64,000 bases of DNA from Polymyxa betae A26-41 (lineage: Eukaryota > Protista > Endomyxa: Phytomyxea), in contig RBZT01000364.1 in assembly GCA_003693705.1 (NCBI GenBank), positions 1-64,000 on the forward strand, written 5' to 3'. Of this stretch, positions 28,632-42,849 are shown in pieces (position 1 is the first letter of the stretch; each line of letters opens with the position of its first letter). Both the position numbers and the translations under genes were made by a program. Below the pieces are notes generated by a model. The model was given only the letters and a program-made list of their open reading frames with translations, ran no database searches and was not told where the DNA came from.

Positions 28632-31600
28632 TTAAATTTTTGAAGACATAGGTGCTAATGACACGAGAGCTAGTTTGAATGCATTGGCTTGGTTGACGTC
28701 CATAGACACAATAATGCGGCTGACGTCGATTGATGCCTGCGTCAGCGATGATGTAACAGCAGCATTTGCTGAAACTGGAGCGAGCAGAATGTTCCCATTG
28801 GTGTCAGTTATGGAAAAATCTGTTAATGTCATCGATAAAGGCGAGATAGCAACAGAAGGCAAATGGAAAGAGAGTGAAGGGCTGGATCTATAACCAAAAA
28901 CTGTCGGAAGGCGCCGAATGTGGTACGCATCTTGCAAAGGCACGAAAATAATAACTGGGGATATATTGACTGCCAGGGACGATGGCTTCCATTTCAAGTC
29001 GCTAGACTCTCTGTCTTCAGGCTCCGAAGTGTTTGGTTTGAATTTTATTGGTAGAGTGCTCCTGAGAATGGTTATATTAGCTGACGAAAAAAAGAGAGAT
29101 GGTACGACTAACCTATATATCTGAAATAGTCTGATAAAATCGCAGAAAACGGAATCCCAAACTAGTTTTGCAGGCGAAATATTAACCTAACAGAAATTCA
29201 TAATAGCTCATATATAGGTGAACAACTTACTGAGACATCTCGTTTGGCTGAAATTTCAATATCTAGGAAAGCAGAAATTTCTGTCGACAACAAACAGCGA
29301 AGTTGTCCCCGCCGTGAAATATCAATAACAACTCTCATTACAGTGAACTTATGAGCATCTGGAAGACTTCCCGAAGCAGACAGGCGAATGATTTTTAAGG
29401 AGAGAACAGCATTAACGAACATAGCATCGAAAAAGCAAAGCGTCCTTGTTGGCCGAAGCCCAATCAGTGATAAACGAAGCTCATTTACAGAGCAAAAATA
29501 CTGGATGATGTCTGCTAAAGCAGCTCCGGACAAGACAATCAGATAAATGTGATGGAGACAAAAAGTAGCCAGCATATCTTTGAAGGAGAACGAATACCTT
29601 TTTGTCTGAGGAACCATCTCGCAATTAAGTTCGTTTACTGAGAAACAGCTGGAAGTCGACGGTTGCACCATTTCCCTAAACATATGCGCTTTTAGTGCCA
29701 ATGACAACATTTTCACAGTTGCTGAGGAGCAGGAAATCCTTCTGGTCTGAGCTCCATATTCAGCTGCCAAACCTGCAATCTAACAACGATTTCAGAGGTA
29801 AGAACTGAAAAGCGACCTTTCGGGTTTTACATGGAAGGAGACAGAGTTCAGATTCGAATAGAGTTCATCTTCCTTCCAATCTGGCATATCTTCGATATGA
29901 AGAGTTAAACAGAAATTTCCAAGCACTATCCCAGATGTGGAGTTGAGCTTCCTCACTAATGAGGTTGAGCCTTTCTTGGGTTTTTCAATCGGAATGAACT
30001 TGAACAGTTGTTCGAATAACACGACCGATGACGAAGACTTCAAATTTAAAAGCACCGCTGCCGATCGTATAAATATAGTATTGTACTGGTTGTCCTTGTC
30101 GGCAAATGAATGCAGGCATATTGAATTTGAGTAATCCTGCACTCGTTCTCTTATGGGAACGAAATGCGTATCAAACCCATGTCTCTCTAATGATTGTCGA
30201 AATTTGTCCGAAAGATCTGTTGCAGAGAGTTGAATATTCAAAAAAGGCATGAACTCCTTGCAGTCGTCATCCCCAGTTATAATAAGCAATGGTAACAGGG
30301 TAGATTGATCAACAAAGTTGAGAGATTGTAACGAGATCGAAAGTCGCTGATGTGAAATTTCTTTGATTGCAAGAATAGACAGATGTCTAGCATGCAGAGT
30401 GGCGAACATGAATGATATTGAATAGAAATGAAAAATCACGGATGGCGCTTGAATTGAAAGAATCATAGTATCGCTGGGCATATATTCACCTGCATGTGGT
30501 TAGTTTTCAGGAATGCAAAACGAATCAGCATACTAATATCAACCACAGAATTATTGTCAGGGGGCACAGCAAGGAGATCCCAAGCCCAAGAGCCCCAGGA
30601 ATTGCTCCTTGGTTCGTCTGAGGCGATCGACATCCCTCTGAACATGTATAAGTAAACATTTACAGTGTACAGCTTGCGAATACCTAGAAGTGGCAGGCGC
30701 AACCAAATCAACCGGATGTTTCGTAGATGTTGATTGAATCGATTGTGACATTGCCAACAGCAATTGAATTTGCTCAGCAGAAAGTGAAATTTCGAGAGGC
30801 GAAAGAGCTAAAATGTCTGCCTAAATGGAATTATAAAACCTGTCCAAAGGAAATCGAACAAATCTGTTACTTGAAGTTTTGGTCCTGATTTCGGGACCGG
30901 TGTCGAGATCGCAGTCCTACGAACGACGCGAACAGATGGTGTTCGATACATTCTTATCCGAATGTCAAGATCTGCTGATAGAATCAGCTGCCACAGGAAA
31001 CCATGTCTTAGAGAAATTTCCAACCTAGGCCTCTCAGCACCGTCCGAGTTGCATATGATGGCCGGCCATGGCTACGTTCCTGTAATCTAGCTTAGAACTC
31101 ATAGTTTAGGTTCCCCTCATCCTAACATCTTGAAGAGAAACTTCTAATGTACACAAAGAAATCACGTAATGAGTGAGACGCCACGGGGCAGAAGGAGGTT
31201 CGATCTGAACAGCCTCCCATTCCACGTTGGTCGGGCGAACATTTGCCGACGCAAATGAGATCTGAAGACAGCCAAGATCAGGACTAGACAATGTTAATGA
31301 TAGATCTTCGATATTGACAACAGCATTAGCAACAATACGTTCTGTATATCTAGTGTTAGCGAACCTTAAAGTAAGCACAAGAAAACGAACCTAATAGCGA
31401 CTTCGTCCATGAATTCGATTCACCTCCTTGGTTAACCGATTCGTTGCTATTGCCTTCGATTTCGATAAAATCCGAATCGATGGCACCGTCTTGAAGGTTT
31501 GGTAATGTGCCAGGTTCTTCCTTGGGTTTCGATAGCTCCCGATCTATCGAAAGCCTGATCTTCATTTTTGATAAAGTAATTTCTACACTTTTTGTAGTGA

Positions 31601-31987
31601 TCGAGGTCCAGGGGATTCGAATCTGAAGCCTGAGACGATTCGTATAAGCGGTTCCTTGAACGCAACTCTACACGAATTGCACTGTACTTTCCAATCAAAG
31701 CGTAATCAATTCGAAGTTGTTGATCATAACCTAACATACGCTTTACATGCGTTAGAACGAAAGAGAAAACAAAAGGTAAATCACCCACCTGTAAAACATC
31801 CAGTCGTAATTCAACACCCTTCAGCACAACGTCTCCGCCTGAAGCACTTTTCAGAATTCCCCACGTCAGCTATTTAGTCATTAATACTCCAAAGCGAAAG
31901 ATTCAAGTCCGAATCAATCTTATCGAGATACTGGTTGGCGAATTTCATTATCAAGCCGGACAGCGTCCGCTGCATGCTGCCCAGCAT
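28632..31987 (-). CDS. VPS13B: VPS13B-like protein, N-terminal half (Chorein-N plus start of the lipid channel), spliced; 3' end approximate
   Basis: MLGSMQRTLSGLIMKFANQYLDKIDSDLNLSLWSGDVVLKGVELRLDVLQ, IRIPWTSI, RIVANAVVNIEDL, SWGSWAWDL resemble the VPS13B N-terminus. Confidence 0.8.
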
Positions 31988-32100
31988 CTTGGCTGTCGTA
32001 TTTTCCGTTCAGCCAGTCACTAGCGGGGAAGCCAAATGAGCGCATTCAATCGAAACATGCCACGACGATGGCTACAGAGATGTCGACAATGCCGATATAA

Positions 32101-35100
32101 ATGATGGATTTGTCAATGACGATCGCCGAAAAGCTTTTACGCCATCGACACGGAGACAGTGGGTGCAGCCCGCCCTATGTCGTCTCCCATCTGGAATCGT
32201 TGTCATTATCCCCCCATGTGGTCTGGCGTGTAAATACTGACTAGGACGCCTATGGGCAATGCCATATGTGCTCATGCAGAATTCAGCTCCACATTCACTG
32301 AGATTTCTTGTAACGTCGAATCAGTGAGGGCGTCGCTGAAGGGGAACAGCCCCAGCACTCTTCATATTGCTATTGATACCATCTCTTCGACCTATTTTCA
32401 GAACCATGACGTCGCCGTCTCAGTTTGGTGCAGTTTGATCATCTGCTGCGATTTGCTTATTGGTGTTAGATAGCCTCCACTTCAGTGAAGTCTTTGTGTA
32501 ATGGGTCTGAGCGGGATTTGCTGAAACTACGAAATGGCCTGTCATTTGATAAAAGGAGGAATGGCGCCCACTTAATTTTACGCCCTTTAATTGCCCTCAT
32601 CGATATCGATTCCTTGAACGCTGGTGCTGAAGTTGTTACTGCTGCCATACCACTTCTTCCACCGAAATCTGTAGCATCCCCGAATCAGGCAGTTCAACCT
32701 GCCTTGGAAAACCTTTGTGTTTCTGTGGCCTCAACTGAAGTTGCAATTGCCGTCGACCCTAGTGCTGCGTTTGCTTTGTCTTTCCAATCAATGGAATATC
32801 ACTATAACTGTTCCTGTCGAGGAAAGCTCAGCGGACGTGTTCGCATCAGTCGACTCAAACTTCTGACGATATTTTGGAAAAAGGAATGCGATGATTATCG
32901 AACCTCGATCTCAAGTGATATCGATCTAGAAGTAATGCTAACTCCCAAGCTGGATCAAGTCGCGTTGACGCTGGAATCTGCTCTTACTTTCACTATCTCG
33001 TTTGCCATGATCGCGTTAGGTCAGAGGCTGCTCTCCAAAGTCGCACAACAGAAATTTTCTGCACAGAAACCCAACAAGACCGTTACTCCTAGGCTCGGTT
33101 TGAATATGCGATTTCACAGTATTGCTTTGGTAATTACTGGCGACAATTTCGACAGTATTACATTAACTGTAGCCCATATAGATGTGGGCAGCGAGAAAGT
33201 AACAATTGGGAATGTGGCCCTTCTGTATTCGGATCGTACGAACACGTCTTCGATTCTGTCATGCGTTTCTTCACCCGTCGCGTCCATCGATATAACTTCT
33301 AATTCCATCCTCGTAGAGCTGACAACATTTCGTGTTTGCGTCCCGCTTAAATTTCTAGCATTCTTGGCCTCTGTGCCGTCATCACCAAGCAACAGCAACG
33401 TGGAGGCAGCGGAAATTATAATCTCTAAGCGGCGAAACTCATTACGTATTTTATTACCACTGTTCGATTTCCGACTCCAAGAGCAAGAGCAAACTTCAGT
33501 GTTAGCAATGGTTCAGATTTCTGACCTTTTTGCTCTCTGTTTGCCAACGATAAAAGAAGCTGACCACGTCTACTCTAACACGAACTCATTACGCTGCACG
33601 TTCAGCGTAACCATTGCCAACAATGTTTTACTTCAGCAAACCCTAATAAGTCTCGAGCAAGTTTATTCAACCAACGAATTTTCAAGGCTCAATAGTTTCT
33701 ATCCGGTGTCCCGAAGAGAGTCTTTATCAGTTTCTACAGATTCGATCAATATTCAGCTCTATTCTGAACAGATCAAGCCGATCCAATCTATCTTAGTGTC
33801 GCTTAACGGTCTTCCATCATCCCAAACTCGCAGCGGCCGCAAACACAGCATAACGGCACATGTTTCATCTCATGATGATTTACGCTCGCTTTATATTGAC
33901 GATGGCGCCTTTGAGCCGAAACCTGGTCGCATCACGCTGTCAGATAATGAAATCGCATGGTGCTATTTAACCTCTCGCTGTATCACTCATGTATCTCTAA
34001 GCGCTTTACACATTGCATTTGAAACTACGTTGACGCTGTAATCAAATCCTAGTTGTCTGGGTACGTTTGCTAATTTGGAAACAGATCTGCCGTAGACGTT
34101 GTCACCAATGAACGTTTTATCGTTGATCGAATCAGAGTCGATTTAAATCGAGCAACCGCGCATCAAGTCGTTTACTCTGTAATTGCGGAATCATGGGTCA
34201 TCTCATGGGCAGCATCGTCGCTATTAACCCCAGCTGATCTTGTGCAAATCATGCGAATTGATTCGATATCAGGGCCCACCGTTTCCAGTAGGTTGTTTTG
34301 AGACATTTATTGCCCATGATTGCACTATCACATTAGCCTTAGTTCCTTGTAACTCACATTATTATTGCTGCTTGTTGAAATCGCAAAGGAAAGTTCTGAC
34401 TATGCCTTGAACAGGAATCGCATCTTTAATTGTGCCCTCGCTATGTGTAACGTTAACATCAAGGAAAGACGGTTTGGAAGCGGATCATGCCATAATATCT
34501 GCTGAAGAGCTGCGCTCAAAGGCATTTACGACCAACAGGCTTTCAGTTATGACCATGCATATGAACCGTTTCAGGGGGAGTATTTTCCGGTATTCTGACT
34601 TAGCCGAAGTCCCAATTGCCTTGACACATGAAATTGGCATTCTAATGATCAATAACGCAAATTTTCCTGGATCTGTAGTTCCGATTATGTTGCAGCAGTG
34701 CGAGAAATCTCGGGTGGTTAAAGTATCAATATCGAAAAAGCTGAGGTTGAATGTCAGCAGTTATGGTATCGATGCACTTTTATATGCTATTGAATCATTT
34801 CGTGATACACCTCAATCCGTGCCATTCGATGCAATCATATTCGCCGCCAACACCACAAAGCCTCATCACTGTAGTCAGATTCTCCTTCGTAATGATATAG
34901 GTGTCCCCATTCAGTATCGGCAGGAGGGTCAATTATCAACTGCTCTGTTATCACCGGGAGAGATGCATAACTTCACTTGGCCTTCGTAATTTTTTTCATG
35001 CTTGATGACGCTTTTCTCACTTATGATAGGGTCATGAGGCAACAGTTGCGAATATCCTGTCATCCTGGAATATGGTCAGATCCTTTCACTCTAAAGAATG

Positions 35101-38100
35101 CCACTGCAATTCGTTTACCGAGAAAGCAAACTTTCACCGATTTGCTTTTAAAGCAAGATGCGGCTCTGTATTCGTTCGATGCTCAACTTCATGTCGCATC
35201 GAAATTGACTTTTGCCCTTGAGTTGAAGATTATCACCATATCGGATGACGATTTAGAAGAAACCTCTACCTATACCCTGACATTATTGCCTGAATCAGGA
35301 ATCACACCAGTTCCTTTATGGCTGCCAAACGATCGGTCTGTCAATATCGAATATCAACTTCGTCCATGCATAGATGGCATCGAATGGCTCTGGGTAAGAA
35401 TAGAATCGTTTCAATTCCACTTTTCCTGCTCGTTTAATTCCTTGGATGCTTCTGCTTTGCCTCTCGTCCTTGGCTTCTTTTTTTATCTTTGTGTGATCTT
35501 TTGACTTAGTCTATAGAGTACGTTATCAACAGGTAGCGTGATCGTTTTTGAAGATGTTGACGGAAAGCACAAGCGCTCCGCCTGGCTGCATTCTGATGGT
35601 CGCACTATACGCCTGGCTCCTGCCGTTAAAGTCACTAATCAAACCGAATCAAATCTTTTCGTTCGTCTTTCTCAAACCGAGCCAATTCAAATTGATTCCC
35701 ATCAATCTGTGCCCGTTTACGATTTTGATGAGAGATTACAATTGGCGGCTGCCATTCACATTGAAACCATTGATGTTGCAGAAACCGCTCTCCTCCTATT
35801 TCCGAAGGAAGGCGAATCAGTTGCAACGTGCGTAATGTTGCCGTCGCAGCAAATGATGATTGTAGTTGCTACGTTGGATCCAGATCAGGGCTTACAGCTT
35901 GACCTTTTTTCCAGCGTCACATTCCGCAATCTGACAAGCCAGCCTTTCTCTGTGCTGGATCGCAACGACTCTGAGATTTCTATAAGCCCGAACGGTGTCG
36001 TCTCGACTTTTTGGGCAAATCCAATCGATGCTCGCTTTTACGTCGTCTACAGTGATGACGCTTTACGCAGCCAACAGCTTCACTGCAAGAGGTAATGTGC
36101 TACACATTCGCTTTTGACGTAGTTGCTAACCTTATTTACTCAGATCGGGATCTTTTGCTATTGATTTGTGTTCTGCTGTCAAGCTTAGTGTTACTAGGAT
36201 TGTCATGGTAATTCATCGCGTTTTTGCTGAATTCATTTTGTTCATTATTTACGTTGCAGTCAGTATCATGGACCACAAGCACATCATCGAAATCGTACGA
36301 CTCATCATCACGATGCGAGATAACACTGCAATCTCGATATTGCTTACATAATCGCTGCCCCTTCCCCATCTTTGTTCGTCCAGAATCACCAACGCCCGAT
36401 GCTATCGAGGTTATTACCGGTAACAGTCTTTTGTGGAAGCTGCGCCTTCAAATATTTACCTTTCTGTAGTGGCTGCCGGAGACAGCCATGATATTTTGGG
36501 CTGGTGTCTCGGTGCGCCTCCAATCCAGGCAATACGAGAGCCTCCTTCATTTGAATCTGGAGCCTGGCTATCTGACAATTCAGCATTGCGTCTGACCCGA
36601 TCAGCCGCTGATAAAAATCGATGGGGATGGTCAATGCCAATTAATTGTTTTGCAGGAGGTATCATTCTCTACTTAGATGATTTCTGGCTGATATTGCCTG
36701 GTAGAGAATCGTCAACAACGAGCACTGATTAAACTACGTAATCGCCAATCCGGCTTCGATATCGTTCTGTCGTGTGTTCGATTACGCGAAGACCATGTCA
36801 CACATCTGGTCTTGCTCAAGTTCTGACAATTATTCAACTTTGTTCTATTACTAACTCTGTCATAGCGATGTGCAAGTTCCACTCGTACTGGTGAACGCTA
36901 CTCCATATAAGCTCTCATACTTTGCATCATCGCTGAGATCTCCTACTCCGTCAAACCTGAACTTCATTAAAACTGATATCGAACCACATCAAAGCACTCA
37001 GATTCCTCCTGGTAAACACAACCATTACTTTCTTTTAAACTAACTAGAAAAACAGAGGTATCCGAAGATGAGCGGATCTTCACGAATGGCGTTACGCCAA
37101 TGGCATTGCATATTCGTGGAGTCGGTACCGAATGGTCTCCAGAACCCATTCTGCTTCGTAATGGTGTTCGTGCTCAATCTTTAGAACTGCCCTACATATC
37201 ATCAGGGTCATTGCATGTCCCGCAACCTCATATGCTAGGAAGCTCGCCAGCTCGAGCGGTCAAATCATCCAACAAACTGTTAGCTCTAGAGGTAAACATG
37301 AACTGTTAACATTTTCGACGGCTCGTTTATTTTCTTCATTATATCTAGCTTTTGCCATAATTTTGCTATAAGCTTGTTTAGCTTTGAATAAAAGTTCTCA
37401 GATCTGTGAGATAATCCAATAATCATGTTGTTCAAGGTGGATTGCCTAGACCGGAATGGGACACTGGTTACAGTGATCGGTGTAAAAGACCATTCAGAAG
37501 AAGCAGTAGCGCTTCCAGAACACTCGTCGATATTGGAGATAGCTGCAGACTGTATTGAGGTATGCTTCCTGACGGCTTCAGCTGGCGCCGGATTCGCTGT
37601 CATTCTCGAGGATGTGGCCCTTTGCATAAATCAGCAGTTTGAACGGGTGTTTGAGTGTTTCTCATTTCGATTTGCAGTTAACAATTTCTTAGCGCTATGC
37701 CCGGATTTTACACGAACTCTCGAAACCGTTTGTGCCTTGCCGAACTGCTTCTCTACGAATTCGTTCCTTTCAACTGGAACACACGGCTAATCCTGTCGAA
37801 TATCCCATCGTCGCGCATAAGGCAGATCATGAGAGCAACAGTAGTTCCATTGAAATCCTTGTCTGTTTTGGTACCCAAATTGATTCGAATGATGAGCACC
37901 AGCAAACCCCGCTTATGTATATTATGCATGCGGTTCATATTCAGGTTGGGAAGATGCTCCCTTCCTCGCTTGCAATGACCTCTTTGTGCAGAAATTGAGT
38001 ATCTCGTTAGCGCCTTTTCGCTTATATATCGAAGACGCCTTCATATCAACGGTAACGGAATTCATCCACGAGCTCACGAGATCAATTTTCAAGATATATG

Positions 38101-39830
38101 GCCAAACGGAATCTGCTTCTCAACCTGTTTGAACCCTTGTGCTAATTGCTTCCATCCAAATGACAAAGATCTAGGTGCAGGCTAGCGTAGGATGGCGCTC
38201 GGATCCGGAATTCGTTGCCTTATTAAATAACTCAAGTAAGCCTCGATTTGCTGTGCACCATTTATATATCAGCTCTATCGAACTCAGGTTGGTTGTGATA
38301 TCTGGCTATTTCTTAGTATTTCTTGTTATATTGACTGTCAGATTGACGTATTCCGGGTCTCGGCCGTATTTAGCCTGCCAGTCCTTACCGATCACGCTTG
38401 CCGCTTTGGAGCTATCGTCGGTTCTATCTCCTACTGACCGTCTGATCAAGGAGCTTTCTGCGAATTATCTCGCCGTAATTCTTCTTCGTTCTCATATAAT
38501 CTCCTCTAAAGTACAATCAGGATGTGATCATGATTGCACCAGTTCTGTTCGGCTCAATGGATTTGTTGGGAAACCCAACGCAGCTCATTAGCAGCATATC
38601 TCGAGGTATTGGAGATCTTGTCAGATTGCCAACTCGTGCCTTGACTCAAGGTAGCCTCTACGGAACTGTTCATGGCATTTATTCTCAGCATTCTTAGGGC
38701 CAAGGGCTTTAGTTTGGGCTACCTTGCAGGGTGTCGGATCACTGCTTCATAATATGAGCGAAGGAACTTTGACTTCAGTTAGCGGATTTGCCCACAGTTT
38801 GGCTCGGAATGTGGGTGGAGTTTCGCCTGATCACTACCATCTTTTTCAAACAAATCGCAATTCAGCAGCTGTAAATCAGTTTCTGACTGCACTGCTCGTT
38901 GTGCTAACCTGGTTCAGATTCATCAACGTGGGATCTCGACAGGGCTGGTTAATGGCGCCACCAGTCTTGCTACGGGCTTGGTATTAGGCGTAACAGGTTA
39001 ATACACGAATTCTCCATCCATGCTTATCATGTGAGACTAACGCATGCTGACAGGAGTTGTCAGTGCACCCATACGTGGAGTTGCCCGCCAAGTAGGTTTA
39101 TTAATTTAAACATTTTAAGGTAATTAATGTATATAGGGTACATGGGGATTTGTAAAAGGCGTGGGTGCTGGGCTAGCTGGCCTAATCACAAAGGTAAGAT
39201 TTGAGTGGTCTCAATCTGACCTTATAATGATTATTAGCCCGTTTCTGGAGCGTTGGATATGGTTAGTGAAACTAGCCGAGGAATAGCTGCTAGTGCTGGT
39301 CTGTCACCAACCTTTCCTGCGCTTAAGTACCAGCAAGAGCCAACTGCTCATGTAAATCATCTGTTGATCTGATATTGACGGATTGTGATTGTATATAGGA
39401 CGATATCTTTGGCCAAATTTCAACTCTACGTTTGAAAGCAATATCGCAGAATATGCAGGAGAGCTACAGAAAACACATTTACGCCAATAGCGTCCTTGAT
39501 GCAGGTTCTTATTATATTATTGTATTATTATGCTTTCTGTGATTATCACCATTCGTTTGTTTCATAGCTGTCTTACATCGCTTATTTGAATCTTTAGATG
39601 GAGCATTGTTATACGAACGTGCGTTGATTGTTTGCACGCATGCAACAATGCATATAATAGCTCCTGGATCGGACCGGGTTGTACAATCTTTGGCATATAA
39701 CCAGGTTCAAGTGAATTTCTCGGGTTCTCACTCTGTTGAAGTTAGACATAAGGGAGACGTTTTGTTTCATTTCAAGACAGACCATACGACCAGACAGTCG
39801 TTCGTCAATTGTATATGCCAGAGTCTTTAG
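32101..39830 (+). CDS. VPS13B: VPS13B-like protein, C-terminal half (channel, VAB repeats, ATG2_C, PH), spliced; start approximate
   Basis: HDDLRSL...IAWCYLTSRCIT, ILLRNDIGVPIQYRQ...FTW, WSDPF, GSMDLLGNPTQLISSISRGIGDLVRLP, EGTLTSVSGFAHSLARN, GFVKGVGAGLAGLITKPVSG, terminal PH-like exon. Confidence 0.85.
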
Positions 39831-39984
39831 CACAAATGGAATGCATAATGGCTGAAAACAGGACGATGACCACAGTTTATGCATCCATTTGAAGGTTTGA
39901 TATGAAGTCTCGTCTACACGGAGCAATAAATCGCCTGATAGCGGTTGCTTTGTGGTTAATGCTTAATGCCATTGTTTAATTCAT

Positions 39985-42448
39985 TTATACTGCCTCAGCT
40001 GTCCGTTCCAGTATCACTTTCACATCAGACTCGGAATGCTCCAAAGCGAGAGCATAGATATCTGAATAATTACTGGCATAGTGAACACAGATCTCGCCTT
40101 TCACATAGTTAGGCAGCTCTTCAAACTCGGCCTTGTTTTCTGCTGGAAGGACAATATCAGTACAACCAGACCGTCGAGCTGCCATGACTTTCTCTCGAAC
40201 GCCTCCGATTCGTAATACTTTCCCGGTTAAAGTCACTTCACCAGTCATGGCTAAATTGTTGGTGACTGGGCGGTTCAAAGCCAAAGACAATAAAGATGTG
40301 ACCATTGCACAACCGGCGCTTGGTCCGTCTTTCGGGGTCCCACCGCATGGTACATGCATGTGAATGGCACATGTGTCCAGCACCGAATTTTCAGGGTCGA
40401 TTTTGGCTAAAAATGCCTTTGCGTATGACAATGCAATATTTGAAGATTCGGTCATGACTTCACCCAAGTGTCCAGTAGTCTTTAGCGACGCCGAACCTTT
40501 GCTTGCGATGCTTTCGATATATAGTGTTTGCCCACCATGAGACGTATATGCCAATCCCATAACAACTCCAGGAGGTGTTCTGTCATGATAACGATCGCTC
40601 ATGTAAACAGGTAAGCCTACGTAATCGCAAAGATTCTCAGGAGTTATCACGATTTTCTCTTTGAACTCTGCAGCGACCTGCAATGTCACTTTTCGGAAAA
40701 TCTTATCGAGGTGCTGGCGAAGATTACGAACACCCGCCTCCCTGCAGTATCCTCGAATTAAAACACCAAGCGCTTCCTCAGTGATTTCTGCCTTTTCGTC
40801 CGTGAGGCCGCAATCGGTGAGTGCCCGAGGCACCAAATACTTTTGAGCAATGGCAATCTTTTCTTCCGTTACATAACCAGAAAGCGAAATGACCTCCATT
40901 CGGTCCAACAACGGCCGAGGGATCGTTTCCAGAGTGTTGGCGGTCACTAGAAACAGAACTTTGCTGACATCAAAGGGAACGTCCAGATAATGGTCCAAAA
41001 ACGAATTGTTCTGCTCTGGATCTAACACCTATAAACATGTTAGCAAAAATAGCATTCCAAAAAGACAATAACTCTACCTCAAGCAAAGCTGATCCGGGGT
41101 CTCCGTTAACGCCCCTTCCAACTTTATCGATTTCATCGATAAGCAAAACAGGATTGCTAGTCTGCGTCACTTTCAAAGCCTGGATAAGCTTTCCAGGCAT
41201 GGCGCCGACATAAGTTCTTCGGTGCCCTTTGATCTCAGCAACATCGGTCATACCGCCAACAGAGAACCGGAAGAATTTCCGATCGAGGGCTCGGGCGATC
41301 GACTTTCCAATACTCGTCTTTCCAGTGCCTGGTGGACCAACCAGACACAGAATCTTGCCATTGACGGTACCTTTCAAGCTGCCGACAGCAATCAGCTCCA
41401 TGATGCGCTCTTTAACGTCGTCCAAACCAAAATGGTCGTCGTTCAGGACTTGCCGAGCTTTATCCAGATTGAAATTCTCAGGTGTAGAGACACCCCAGGG
41501 TAAGATAGTAAGCCAATCCAGATAATTTCTCGTGACAGCGAATTCAGACGATGAAGGCTCTAGCCCGCTCAACTTAGCACATTCCTCGTTGATCGTGCTC
41601 TGGACGGGTTCAGGGATTTGTCGAGTGCCGCATCGAGCTTGGAATTTTGATAGCAGGACGTCTTTCTCGTCTGTCTCCATGCCGAGCTCCTTCTTGATCG
41701 ATTTCAATTGCTCCATCAGCACGAAACGTCGGTGGGTTTTGTTGCCGCCCGGGTCCATTTGGCGATGCAATTGCGATTGTACCTCTCCATAAGCGATCTC
41801 CTTCCTTAGCAATTGCAAAGTTAATTTCATTCGCTCGGGAATCGAAGTGCATTCGAGCACTGCTTGTGCAGCGGCATTGTCTACATTGGTAATCAGACCA
41901 GCAACACAGTCGGCCAGATCGCCGGGATTGGAGACGTCGACTTGCTCGACAATGGTGGAAAATTGCTCCTTAAAGACCGGGCGAAGTTTCAGAATCTCTT
42001 TGCAGGCCAAGACGATTTCGTTAGTCAACGCGGTTAAATCTTCAGTGTATGCTTCGTCGGCAATCGTTTCCACAGCAACCTGAAATGGGTCGGTGGCAAC
42101 AGCTTCAGTTGCATAAATTCTATTCAAGCCGATAACGACGACTTGCGATTGCCCTTGCTTATGAGGAAACACGCGAAGCACCTGGGCTAACAGCCCGGTC
42201 TGATGAATATGCTCGATTTTGTTAAAGGAGCAATCGTTCGAGACGTCTTTCGACATAAACAGGCCTACATTCATGGGCAGGCCGTCGCGAAGTACTTGCA
42301 AGGTCGAAGCGAACTTTTCGTTCGGTACTACAATCGGGGCAACAATCCCTGGGAAGATCGGCCTGCGATACAGCGGCAGTGCCAGCAGCGACGGCGGCGT
42401 CACGAGTCCGCCAAATCGCCGCCTTTGGATCAGCCTCGAGACAGTCAT
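39985..42448 (-). CDS. LONP1: Lon protease, mitochondrial type (1 intron at about 41029-41077)
   Basis: LON-N (RPIFPG), GPPGTGKTS, DEIDK, PKDGPSAG (Ser) and GGVREK (Lys); Arg-rich N-terminus. Confidence 0.95.
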
Positions 42449-42849
42449 TGCAACCACGATTGTTTATGACGATAACAGCATGAGGACCCACAGACTGTCA
42501 GGACAATGCCTGTCCAGCAACAGTCACATCCGTCATGATTGGGCACGAGGCGCAGCCAGCATCACTGACCTGAATACGGGCGCGGCCTTCATCGCCACTC
42601 TGAGACAGCACCCTTCTGCCTTCTATTCGGTTCTGGAATCGACGCGTGATATCGAACAATATCTCGTTCTATAAGCGCTTCCAATTTACAATCACAGCTG
42701 AATTACCAGCTAAAATTATAAAGTACTTACCCAGAGATCGAGTTTGCATTGAAGGAAGATTCATAAAGCTGTCTTAAAATTAGCAAATTCCGATTTATTG
42801 AACGGAGATCTGGTTTTTGTATAGTATAAATGAGAGGGCATAAACACAT

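Noticed and set aside
40133-42674. Several plus-strand ORFs antisense to Lon
   Set aside because: Shadow ORFs from codon bias of the real gene.
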